Source of the DNA: Pseudomonadota bacterium
GTDB lineage: Bacteria > Desulfobacterota > Desulfobulbia > Desulfobulbales > Desulfurivibrionaceae
Direction of reading: 5' to 3'
Length of the DNA: 64,000 nucleotides
NCBI GenBank assembly: GCA_018829945.1
Contig: JAHJTI010000246.1
Coordinates: 51-64,050 of the forward strand
In this document: positions 1-8,342 of the stretch, in pieces
How the letters are laid out: every line of letters starts with the position of its first letter
Position numbering within the stretch: position 1 is the stretch's first letter
Translations under genes and position numbers: made by a program
Notes under the pieces: generated by a model
Database searches by the model: none
Told to the model about the DNA's origin: nothing
What the model saw: the letters and a program-made list of their open reading frames with translations, nothing else

Positions 1-78
1 GATGGTCTCGGCTACCGTGGTCCCCGCGGGGAACGTTTTCTGCTCCCCGGATAAAAGGGTGAGGGATATTTCCGCCAT
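1..78 (-). CDS. thrS: Probable threonyl-tRNA synthetase, N-terminal 26 codons (runs off the left edge)
   Basis: ATG at 78 reads MAEISLTLLSGEQKTFPAGTTVAETI, resembling the TGS-domain N-terminus of ThrRS. tRNA-Val upstream of thrS is a common arrangement. Not in the ORF track. Confidence 0.6.
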   Translation of the reverse strand, partial: MAEISLTLLSGEQKTFPAGTTVAETI

Positions 79-216
79 AATTGTTGGGATCAACCTTTTC
101 GCACATGCACAAACAAAAACAAGCACATTGACCAGGTCAATCTGCCTGCACAATAAGGCTCAGCAAAAACCGCTCTTGCAAAGCCTCGCAACGTCAAAAT
201 ATCATACTATGTTTTC

Positions 217-293
217 TGGTAGGCGCGGGCGGATTCGAACCGCCGACCTCTTGCGTGTCGGGCAAGCGCTCTAACCAACTGAGCTACGCGCCT
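217..293 (-). tRNA. tRNA-Val(GAC)
   Basis: Reverse complement AGGCGCGTAGCTCAGTTGGTTAGAGCG-CTTGC-CCGACAC-GCAAG-AGGTCGGCGGTTCGAATCCGCCCGCGCCTACCA: cloverleaf, TTCGA T-loop, encoded CCA. Confidence 0.96.
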
Positions 294-354
294 AAAAAAA
301 CAAAAAAAAGCACATCGCCCATGGCGACAGCTCGTTCTTTTTCAAGACATAACA

Positions 355-470
355 AACTTTTCAGCAGCGCCGCTTCACTGCTGCCACAGATGCAAGGAAG
401 AGGCCTGCAAAATGTGCTATTGCACATGAGCAAGCCGATGACACTGCAGATGAGGTGCTACTGGAAAGTT
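355..470. repeat. Structured hairpin element, copy A (putative ncRNA or non-autonomous repeat)
   Basis: Long imperfect inverted repeat. Its 82-nt core (382-463) aligns without gaps to 3577-3658 with 68/82 identities by hand count. Confidence 0.8.
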
Positions 471-494
471 ACAACAAACCTTCCAAACGGCAAC

Positions 495-523
495 CAAATA
501 CCAACAATTCAGACAGGTGTCAA
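495..523 (-). promoter_or_regulatory. Putative sigma70 promoter for element A - tRNA-Val - thrS
   Basis: Minus strand TTGACA (523-518), 17-nt spacer, TATTTG (500-495) preceded by TG (extended -10). The -10 match is weak. Confidence 0.5.
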
Positions 524-602
524 GGACAAATAGTTTCGACAACCGGCAGTCACTCTCAAAAAAAATGAAACCAAAATCCCCGCCAGGACATTGCTTTTCG
601 CT

Positions 603-1211
603 TCAGGAACTGGTGTCCTTCCGGGATTCAATGGCCCGGCTCAGCGTGAGCTCATCGGCATATTTGATGTCCATGCCCATGGGAATCCCGCAGGCAAGCC
701 TGGTCACCTTGATCCCGGCCTCTTCCTGCAACCGCTTGATGAGATACGCGGCGGTCGCCTCACCCGGCACCGTGGAGCTTGTCGCGATCAACACCTCCCG
801 GACTTCTTGCCTCCGGACTCTTTCCAGCAGCGCATCCGCCTTGATCTCCTCCGGACCGATCCCGTCCATGGGAGAAAGAACCCCATGGAGAATATGATAC
901 TTGCCTTTAAAAGCCCCTGTTTTCTCAATGGCCATAAGATCTGCGGATTCTTCCACCACGCAGACCAGCCGCGGATCACGGGCGGAATCTTTGCAGATGG
1001 CACAGGGATCGCTTTCCGCAAAGGCAAAACAATTGCCGCACAGCCTGATGGTGCGGTGCAACTCGCCAAGATCCCTGGCCAGGCTCTGGGCCTCGCTGGC
1101 AGGTCGGCGCAGAATATGAAGCGCCAACCTGGTCGCTGTTTTCATGCCGATCCCCGGCAACCGGTTCAGGTCTGCAATAAGACGGCTCAAGGCCGGAGGA
1201 ACAACATTCAT
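603..1211 (-). CDS. recR: Recombination mediator RecR
   Basis: LPGIGxKTAxRLA helix-hairpin-helix, CxxC...CxIC zinc finger, TOPRIM region (YHILHGVLSPMDGIGPE), YADELTL; downstream of dnaX-ybaB. Start trimmed to MNVVPP. Confidence 0.96.
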   Translation of the reverse strand: MNVVPPALSRLIADLNRLPGIGMKTATRLALHILRRPASEAQSLARDLGELHRTIRLCGNCFAFAESDPCAICKDSARDPRLVCVVEESADLMAIEKTGAFKGKYHILHGVLSPMDGIGPEEIKADALLERVRRQEVREVLIATSSTVPGEATAAYLIKRLQEEAGIKVTRLACGIPMGMDIKYADELTLSRAIESRKDTSS

Positions 1212-1217
1212 ATACAA

Positions 1218-1318
1218 AAGGTCCAAGGTGAAAGGTGAAAGGTGAAAGGAACGGACAAACACAATTTTTCAGGTTTCATTTCTTCACCTTGCACCTTTAA
1301 CCTTGAACCTTGCGCCTA
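1218..1318. repeat. Two inverted arrays of degenerate heptamers (AAGGTGA-like x5 facing TCACCTT-like x5)
   Basis: aaggtcc aaggtga aaggtga aaggtga aaggaac (1218-1252) and tcacctt gcacctt taacctt gaacctt gcgccta (1284-1318). Confidence 0.85.
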
Positions 1319-1322
1319 TCAT

Positions 1323-1631
1323 TTAAAGCATTCCAGGAATCTTGATTCCGCCGGTGAGCTTGGCCATCTCGGCCTCACTCATCGCCTGGGCCTTGCGCAT
1401 GGCCTCGTTCACCACGGAGACCACGAGATCCTGTAGCATTTGCGGGTCCGCAGGGTCCACCACCTCTTTATCAATGGTCAGGCTGATGAGCTCATGCCTG
1501 CCATTCACCGTGGCGCTCACCATGCCGCCGCCGACCGTGGCGCTGACCTGCCTGGTCGCCAGCTCACCCTGCACCTCTGTCAGACGTTGCTGAAATTGCT
1601 GCGCCTGCTTCATCATCTGTTTCATATCCAT
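1323..1631 (-). CDS. ybaB: YbaB/EbfC nucleoid-associated protein
   Basis: MKQAQQFQ...GGGMV...DPxMLQDLVVS motifs; lies between dnaX and recR. Start trimmed to MDMKQ. Confidence 0.94.
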   Translation of the reverse strand: MDMKQMMKQAQQFQQRLTEVQGELATRQVSATVGGGMVSATVNGRHELISLTIDKEVVDPADPQMLQDLVVSVVNEAMRKAQAMSEAEMAKLTGGIKIPGML

Positions 1632-1712
1632 CCGCATATCCCCGGCATTGTTTTTTCTATACATTGCAACGACAACAGGAACGGCTGCCGCGCCCTGTCT
1701 TTCGCTTGCTCT

Positions 1713-3458
1713 CTATACTTCCCTGCTTCTTGGCCCGGTCCGGATACTGCCGACCTGTCCGCCAAAAATTTCCGTGGCCATCTGCACCACGGGGTCATTG
1801 GCCAGAACCCGCCTTTCGACAAGCACGGCCTCCGCTTCATCACCTCCGCCACCTTCAGTTGGCTGCGCACCACGCACCTTGAAAACGACCCGGAAATCAT
1901 GCTGAAAAAAATCCAAGGCAAAGGCTTGCAGGAGTTTGAGATTGTCATGCTCCTGCAACAGCTTGCAGTCTGATGGGTCATCAAACTTCAGAACCAACTC
2001 ATTGCCTTCTTCACGGGCCATTGCGCAGAGTTGCAACACAGGCGCCATCCAGCGCTTGCGCTCTTTGACATACCCGACAAACTCATCCCAGTGCTTTTTC
2101 ACTTCCCGCCCGGAAGGGGGAGCGATCGACACAGGAATCGATTGCCCGCCATGCTCGGCTAAGGATATTGCTGAGTTTGCTGTTTCATTTTTTTTTTGTT
2201 CCGGCAACGTTCCGGAAGAATAGACAGATATCGATGGGTTGGGCGGCAATGGCTCCGGTTCCGCCGTGGAGATCGCCGGGCGTACCGGCCTCACTGTGGA
2301 CTGCGCCAAAGAATCGGCTCCGGTCAGCAATTCATCGAGACGTCCCAACAAGGTTGCCGCAGGCACGATATGCCCTGCCTGGGTAGCCCGCACAAAAGCC
2401 ATTTCCAATGCAAGGCGCGGCCGGGAAGAATACTGCATCTCCTCGCTCCCTTTCAGCAACAACGAAAAGTACTGATAGAGCGTTTCCTGGCTGGCGCTCG
2501 CAGCAATCTCCTTGATAGCCGCCAACTCCTGGTCGGAAAGATCCAGCAGTTCCTCGGGACTGGTCTTGACCTTGGCAATCAGCAAGGCACGGAAAAACCC
2601 CAACAAATCGTTGGCAAAACGCTTGAGGTCCATGCCGGCGCCATGGCTTTGCTCAAAGATATCAAGACACCCGGCCAGATCCGAAGCCAGGAGCGCCCGG
2701 GCCAGATCTTCATAAATCCGGCGGTCAACCAACCCCAGCACCTGCACCACATCTTCATCGCTGATTTCCTCACCGCCAAAGGAAAAGATCTGATCGAGAA
2801 GACTCAGTCCGTCTCGCACACTGCCTTCGGCCTCCCGGCCGATCATCTCCAGGGCATGTTGAGAAATAGAAACATTTTCCGCTCCGGCAATCCTGGCGAA
2901 AAACGCAACCAGCTCGGCAAAGGGAACACGCTTGAGTTCATAACGCTGACAACGGGAAAGGATGGTGATCGGGATTTTGTGCAACTCGGTGGTGGCGAAC
3001 ATGAAGTAGACATGAGCCGGCGGCTCTTCCAAAGTCTTCAACAGGGCGTTGAAGGCCTCGGTGGTGAGCATATGCACTTCATCGATAATGATAATTTTGT
3101 AGCGACCCTTGGCAGGGAAAAAGCGGATGTTTTCCTTGAGTTCGCGAATCTCCTGGATGCCGCGATTGGAAGCACCGTCGATCTCATGAAGATCAATGGC
3201 GTTACCGGCCGTGATCTCGACACATGATTCGCACTGGTTGCAGGGCACATCAGGCTCGCCCTGCTGGCAGTTGAGCGCCTTGGCCATGAGTCTTGCCAAG
3301 GTGGTCTTGCCAACCCCGCGCACCCCGGAAAACAACATGGCATGAGCCACCCGGTTGCGGGTAAGCGCGTTACGCAAAGTGCGCACCACGGCCTGCTGAC
3401 CGACAACTTCATCAAAATTCTGGGGACGCCATTTTCTGGCTAAAACCAGGTAGGACAT
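1713..3458 (-). CDS. dnaX: DNA polymerase III subunit gamma/tau
   Basis: MSYLVLARKWRPQ, Walker A GVRGVGKTT, EIDGASNRG, DEVHML, SRC motif. Confidence 0.98.
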   Translation of the reverse strand: MSYLVLARKWRPQNFDEVVGQQAVVRTLRNALTRNRVAHAMLFSGVRGVGKTTLARLMAKALNCQQGEPDVPCNQCESCVEITAGNAIDLHEIDGASNRGIQEIRELKENIRFFPAKGRYKIIIIDEVHMLTTEAFNALLKTLEEPPAHVYFMFATTELHKIPITILSRCQRYELKRVPFAELVAFFARIAGAENVSISQHALEMIGREAEGSVRDGLSLLDQIFSFGGEEISDEDVVQVLGLVDRRIYEDLARALLASDLAGCLDIFEQSHGAGMDLKRFANDLLGFFRALLIAKVKTSPEELLDLSDQELAAIKEIAASASQETLYQYFSLLLKGSEEMQYSSRPRLALEMAFVRATQAGHIVPAATLLGRLDELLTGADSLAQSTVRPVRPAISTAEPEPLPPNPSISVYSSGTLPEQKKNETANSAISLAEHGGQSIPVSIAPPSGREVKKHWDEFVGYVKERKRWMAPVLQLCAMAREEGNELVLKFDDPSDCKLLQEHDNLKLLQAFALDFFQHDFRVVFKVRGAQPTEGGGGDEAEAVLVERRVLANDPVVQMATEIFGGQVGSIRTGPRSREV

Positions 3459-3562
3459 TTTCAGTCCTCAGGTGTCAGACACCGGTGTTTCTGGGGAATG
3501 GAAGAGGGGTAGCGAAGGGCCGGGACACCCAGAACGCGCCTCCCAGTGGTATCAAAAAAATG

Positions 3563-3666
3563 TACATGTTCAGCAGTGCCACAGATGCGCGAAAGAGGAC
3601 TGCGATGTGTGCTATTGCACATAAGCAGTCCGATGACAAAGCAGATGTGGTGCTGCTGAACATGTA
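3563..3666. repeat. Structured hairpin element, copy B
   Basis: Perfect 14-bp closing stem TACATGTTCAGCAG/CTGCTGAACATGTA with nested stems; homologous to 355-470. Confidence 0.85.
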
Positions 3667-3674
3667 TAAAAAAA

Positions 3675-3778
3675 TGATAGCCAGGCACCCCTGCGGCACA
3701 CAAAGTAACTCACTACCGTTGCTTCCTCCCGGACCTGGCGGGGTTCGCAAGTCTTTGTTGCGCAGGACCCGGCTATCA
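3675..3778 (-). ncRNA. ffs: Signal recognition particle RNA (small bacterial SRP, 4.5S)
   Basis: Minus-strand long hairpin closed by TGATAGCC/GGCTATCA containing the helix-8 motif CAGGTCC-GGGA-GGAAGCA; upstream of dnaX. Confidence 0.93.
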
Positions 3779-3793
3779 AACCGGAATATATCT

Positions 3794-3881
3794 TGGCGGA
3801 GAAGGTGGGATTCGAACCCACGGTACGTTGCCGCACACACGCGTTCCAGGCGTGCACCTTAAGCCACTCGGTCACCTCTCC
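3794..3881 (-). tRNA. tRNA-Ser(GGA)
   Basis: GGAGAGGTGACCGAGTGG...CACGC-CTGGAAC-GCGTG, long variable arm, GGTTCGAATCC, GCCA end. Confidence 0.97.
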
Positions 3882-3922
3882 AGCGTTTTCAAAAAAACCG
3901 GCACGCTGGCCAATGGGGCACC

Positions 3923-3950
3923 ACTTTACAATACCTTCTCTCTCTTGCAA
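3923..3950 (-). promoter_or_regulatory. Putative sigma70 promoter of tRNA-Ser - ffs
   Basis: Minus strand TTGCAA, 16-nt spacer, TAAAGT, followed by the GC-rich discriminator GGTGCCCC. Confidence 0.45.
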
Positions 3951-4038
3951 AGAACAAAATACCCCGGGAGACGAGATGCCATCCTCACACCACAACTTTA
4001 TCAACTATTCCAAATAGATACCAGTGAAAAAGCAGTTG

Positions 4039-5940
4039 TCATCCTCTGGGGAGAACCGATTCTCCATCCTGGGATGTATACTCCGGAATCACCTTGCCAA
4101 GCTCGGCCTTGATCCCTTCCGCGTCATGGTTTGAAGCAAATCGCTTAAGATTTTCCAACGATTCATGCAAGTCATCCAACGAAGCTCCGTTCCCGCGCAA
4201 CACCATGATCTTCTCATGACCGGTGGCAACAATTCCCTCGCCCTCGGTGATCAATTCCTCATACATCTTTTCGCCGGGCCGAAGCCCGGTATATTTGATC
4301 TCGATCTCCGTGTCCGGCTCCTTACCACAGAGTTGAATCAGATCGCGGGCCATTTGACCTATCCGCACCGGCGTCCCCATCTCCAGGATAAAAACCTCCC
4401 CGCCCTCGCCCATGGTCGCGGCCTGGAGAATAAGCTGGCTCGCCTCCTCAATGGACATGAAATACCGGGTCATGTCCGGATGGGTAACGGTAACCGGACC
4501 ACCCATCTCGATCTGTCGCCGGAACAGAGGAATAACCGATCCCGACGAACCCAGAACGTTACCGAAACGCACCGCCATGAACCGGGTTCCGTTACCGGAG
4601 CCCTTACCCTGTTCGCAAAAACCCTTAAGGAGAATCTCAGTCATTCGCTTGGTGGCACCCATTACATTAGTAGGCCGCACCGCCTTGTCGGTGGAGATAA
4701 GAATAAAACGCTCCACCCCATACCGCGCCGAAACCTCCATCAAACGCTTGGAGGCAAATATATTGTTGTATACCCCCTCCCAAGGATTACGCTCGACCAT
4801 GGGCACATGCTTGTAAGCCGCGGCATGAAAAACGACTGATGGCTTATAATGCGGAAACAACGACTCCAGTAACCCCTTATCCTGCACTTTGCCGAGCACG
4901 GCCACATAATTTTTGAAGCCGTATTCGTGAAGCAATTCCATCTCTATCTGATACAGATTCTGCTCACTGGCGTCCATGAGAATGAGATTGGCTGGATGGA
5001 AACGAACAATCTGGCGGCAGAGTTCCGAACCGATGGACCCCCCTGCGCCTGTAACCAAAACCGTCTTTCCTCCCAGGACTACACCGATCTGCTCCATTTC
5101 AAGACGCACCGGTGGTCGGCCAAGCAGATCCTTGTATGAAACATCGCGGATGGTCTTGATGGAAACCCTGTCGCTGATCAGCTCCCCCAGCCCCGGCAGG
5201 GTCTTGAAAGGAATTTCACAATCCCGGCAAAGTTCGACAATCCTCTGCATTTGATCACGGCTGGCTGAAGGAATGGCAATAAGCACCTCCTTGGCCTTGG
5301 TTTTAAAAACATACTCCGACAGGTCTGCAATGGGACCCAGAACCGGAATGCCGTGGATCTGCTGACCAATCTTGGCGGCATGATCATCGAGAAACCCGGC
5401 CACCATATAGGGCAAGGTTTTATTGTCATTAATTTCCCGCGTCACCTTCTCGGCTGCATCTCCTGCCCCGATAATGAGCAACCTCTTGCGGCGCTGCCGC
5501 TTGCCGGCATCAGCCGAAAAAAAAGGCAGACAGAAAGCATTCTGGCAAGACAGCCTAAGGGTTATACGAAACCCTGCAATAAAGAGAACGGTCAACAAAG
5601 CATCAAGCACAAAAACCGCCCTAGAAAACCCTGCGAAGCGATTTAATAACAAAATGCCACCCAAGACAACAAACCCGGCGACCACACAGGCCTTGAGGAT
5701 GTTCAGCAGGTCCGACAAGGATGTGTACCGCCACATCCCGCGATACAACCCAAACACATGAAACAGTACTAACTTAACAGGAAGAAGAAAAACAAGAGCA
5801 GTGGAAATATTGATCCACTGCACCTGAGGCACAACACTATCGAAACGGATGACGTAGGCCAGGATATGTGCAGCAACCAGCAATAGTATATCAACCCCAA
5901 GCACAATCCAAAAATTCAGTTTCCGAAACTGGTATTTCAT
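4039..5940 (-). CDS. Membrane-anchored UDP-GlcNAc 4,6-dehydratase (WbpM/PglF/CapD family)
   Basis: Four N-terminal TM segments, GAG linker domain, TGAGGSIGSE, HAAAYKHVP, STDKAVRPTNVMGATK, RFGNVLGSSGSV. Confidence 0.93.
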   Translation of the reverse strand: MKYQFRKLNFWIVLGVDILLLVAAHILAYVIRFDSVVPQVQWINISTALVFLLPVKLVLFHVFGLYRGMWRYTSLSDLLNILKACVVAGFVVLGGILLLNRFAGFSRAVFVLDALLTVLFIAGFRITLRLSCQNAFCLPFFSADAGKRQRRKRLLIIGAGDAAEKVTREINDNKTLPYMVAGFLDDHAAKIGQQIHGIPVLGPIADLSEYVFKTKAKEVLIAIPSASRDQMQRIVELCRDCEIPFKTLPGLGELISDRVSIKTIRDVSYKDLLGRPPVRLEMEQIGVVLGGKTVLVTGAGGSIGSELCRQIVRFHPANLILMDASEQNLYQIEMELLHEYGFKNYVAVLGKVQDKGLLESLFPHYKPSVVFHAAAYKHVPMVERNPWEGVYNNIFASKRLMEVSARYGVERFILISTDKAVRPTNVMGATKRMTEILLKGFCEQGKGSGNGTRFMAVRFGNVLGSSGSVIPLFRRQIEMGGPVTVTHPDMTRYFMSIEEASQLILQAATMGEGGEVFILEMGTPVRIGQMARDLIQLCGKEPDTEIEIKYTGLRPGEKMYEELITEGEGIVATGHEKIMVLRGNGASLDDLHESLENLKRFASNHDAEGIKAELGKVIPEYTSQDGESVLPRG

Positions 5941-6322
5941 GCTGTCTGACCTTTATGCATTCAATCTAACACAAAAAAATTACCTCTAACATTCATCCAT
6001 TTTTGGCCCGCTTCGATGACATTGATTCCGCTCCATTATTCCCAGGTAAAGGCTGCTAAAAAAATTTCCGAGCATTTCGTTTAAAGCGATGTGATGCCCA
6101 CCCACATTGTAATTCTGCTACAACAGCGGCTCTATCATTTTCCGTGCGCTCTGCAATCCGACAAATACATATTCATTAGGACAACGAGTAACTGAAGCCC
6201 GCCATTTACTCTCGGTGCTGTTCTAGCTAATAAAAGAAAATATTTTTAATTACCTAAAACAGCCCTTAATCTCTCTCCGCATCAAGGAAAAGGCTGTATC
6301 CACCCAAAAACACCTCGAACCA

Positions 6323-7324
6323 TTATGAATCTGTCCGCCTGTAATCCATCAGTTTTCGGGCCGCGTCAACAATGTCTTCTGCCGTTCGGTAATAAGCATC
6401 TTCAAGTGTCTTACTGGCGGGAGCCGGGCAATCAGGCAGGGCCACTCGCTGGATAGGGGCCTTTAAGGTGTCAAAAGCCTCATCCGACACCAAAGCAGCG
6501 ACTTCGGCTGAGACTCCGAAGGATTTCCAGCCCACATCCGCGATGACCAACCTCCCTGTTTTTTGTACGGACGCTAAAATCATTTCGCGGTCCAAAGGTT
6601 TAACAGTCCTTAAATCAACAACCTCCACCCCCACACCTTCCTTGGCAAGAGACTCAGCCGCTTTCATAGCCTCGTGAACCATATAGGAAACCGCAATAAC
6701 CGTAATATCCTTACCCTCTCGACGGATACAACCTTTGCCTATCTCCACGGTATATATCTCTTCCGGAACCGATTCTACCTGTCCATAGAGCATACGCTCA
6801 TCTACAAAAACTACAGGATTAGGGTCAAGAATAGCGGCAATCATCAACCCCTTTGCATCATAGGCCGTGGCAGGCATAACAACCCTTAGACCAGGAATGT
6901 GGGCAAAAATCCCATGAATAGCTTGTGAGTGCTGGGCTGCCTGCTCCCCTCTCCGGTTGATAATTCCCCAGAACACAACCGACACCGACGACTTGCCGCC
7001 GTTCATATAATGCCAGTTCGCAGCCTCGTTGATGATGGGATCCAAGGCAAAAAACATAAAATCCATCCGGGGATGAACCACGACCGGCTTCATCCCCGCA
7101 ATTGCGGCTCCAACCGCCGCTCCGGTAATGGCATTTTCAGAGATGGGCGTGTCAAGAATCCGCATCTCCCCAAACCGTTCCAACAGATTATGGGCCGTAT
7201 TTCCCACGTACCATGGACTCTTAACCCCCTGTCCGATGACAAAAACCGACTCATCCTTCTCCATCATCTGGTGGAGCGCCTCGTTAATCGCCAGACTGTA
7301 TTGAAGTTTTCTATGCGAAGACAT
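6323..7324 (-). CDS. TPP-dependent 2-oxoacid dehydrogenase E1-like beta subunit
   Basis: DTPISE...G.A.GAA, QHSQ, PGLRVVMP...DAKGL, EVVDLRT.KPLD. Confidence 0.92.
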   Translation of the reverse strand: MSSHRKLQYSLAINEALHQMMEKDESVFVIGQGVKSPWYVGNTAHNLLERFGEMRILDTPISENAITGAAVGAAIAGMKPVVVHPRMDFMFFALDPIINEAANWHYMNGGKSSVSVVFWGIINRRGEQAAQHSQAIHGIFAHIPGLRVVMPATAYDAKGLMIAAILDPNPVVFVDERMLYGQVESVPEEIYTVEIGKGCIRREGKDITVIAVSYMVHEAMKAAESLAKEGVGVEVVDLRTVKPLDREMILASVQKTGRLVIADVGWKSFGVSAEVAALVSDEAFDTLKAPIQRVALPDCPAPASKTLEDAYYRTAEDIVDAARKLMDYRRTDS

Positions 7325-8288
7325 ATTTCGTCAGGTCCTCTCTTTTTGGGCTTGGTTGCATTTTGGCGAAATTCTGCGCATCCTGTACTTCAGCGGTCAC
7401 TTCGTCTTTAATCTCCTGCAACATTCTGTTTGCCAGCAAATGGTGCTCCAACAAATATTGCTCCAACCGTTTGATCGGATCCTTATCAATCCACCTAGCG
7501 ATTTCATCTTTAGGCCTAATGTCCGTGTGTGCACCCTGGACATTGTCGTCCGGTCCCACATGGCCTCGTAACCGATACGTCATGAACTCCATAAACACTG
7601 GACCATTTCCTTTCCGACAGGTTGCAACGGCCTGACGGCTTGCCTCATAAACCTGCAACACATCATTACCGTCCACGGTATGGACCTCCATGCAATATGG
7701 TTCAGCAATCCTGCTGATAGGCTGAGTTATCCGACATTCACTGACCGGCATGTGGGTCGCATAAAGATTGTTTTCACAAGCAAATATTATCGGCAGCTTC
7801 ATTAAAGCAGCAAAATTCAGTGACTCATAGAGAACTCCTTCACCGGTAGCTCCATCACCAAAAAAACTCACAGCTACTCGTTTGTCCTTGCGAATGGAGG
7901 CGGCTAAAGCTGCCCCAACTGCCAGAGAAATAGTGCCAGCAACAATCGGCGCCGACCCAAGCATGCCCACTTCTGGATCTATCAAATGCATCGACCCACC
8001 CCGCCCCCGAGAGCATCCCGCTTCCTTGCAATAGATCTCCGCCGCCAAGGCCTTCATAGAGCCCCCCTTAGCCAGAAAATGCCCATGGGAGCGATGGTTG
8101 CCAAAGACATAATCATCCTTGGCGAGTACGGAACAGAGCCCAACGGCAACAGCCTCTTGACCACTGCAAAGATGACAGGGTGTTGTAACCTCTCCGGCCA
8201 GAATAGGATCTACAAAACTTTCCTCACAGAGACGAATACGAAGCATCGTTTTATACAAATCATGCAAAAAATCCATTGGGTAAGTCAT
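7311..8288 (-). CDS. TPP-dependent 2-oxoacid dehydrogenase E1-like alpha subunit
   Basis: HLCSGQEA, HRSHGH, GRGGSMH, TPP motif GDGA...ENN, TYRLRGH. Confidence 0.93.
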   Translation of the reverse strand: MTYPMDFLHDLYKTMLRIRLCEESFVDPILAGEVTTPCHLCSGQEAVAVGLCSVLAKDDYVFGNHRSHGHFLAKGGSMKALAAEIYCKEAGCSRGRGGSMHLIDPEVGMLGSAPIVAGTISLAVGAALAASIRKDKRVAVSFFGDGATGEGVLYESLNFAALMKLPIIFACENNLYATHMPVSECRITQPISRIAEPYCMEVHTVDGNDVLQVYEASRQAVATCRKGNGPVFMEFMTYRLRGHVGPDDNVQGAHTDIRPKDEIARWIDKDPIKRLEQYLLEHHLLANRMLQEIKDEVTAEVQDAQNFAKMQPSPKREDLTKYVFA

Positions 8289-8342
8289 GTCAACTCCATG
8301 AATCCGTGACTATTTTCTTTAAAAGAAGGACCAGAAATACAA

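Noticed and set aside
355-470. Hairpin element as an integron attC site, hammerhead ribozyme, T-box or lysine riboswitch
   Set aside because: It lacks RYYYAAC/GTTRRRY ends and there is no integrase. The CUGANGA/GAAA three-way junction is absent. It has no T-box antiterminator sequence and is too short and unbranched for a lysine aptamer.
1218-1318. CRISPR array
   Set aside because: Units are 7 bp with no spacers, and there are no cas genes.
3794-4038. tRNA-Ser as the attachment site of an integrative element carrying the glycan locus
   Set aside because: The locus lies 5' of the tRNA, and no integrase or duplicated tRNA 3' end is seen in the window.
3461-4112. Short ORFs overlapping ffs, tRNA-Ser and element B
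   Set aside because: They overlap structural RNA genes and have no protein motifs.
5941-6322. Gene remnant or regulatory element in the 380-bp gap upstream of the WbpM-like gene
   Set aside because: The minus-strand frames I translated gave nothing recognisable, and I saw no convincing promoter or repeat.
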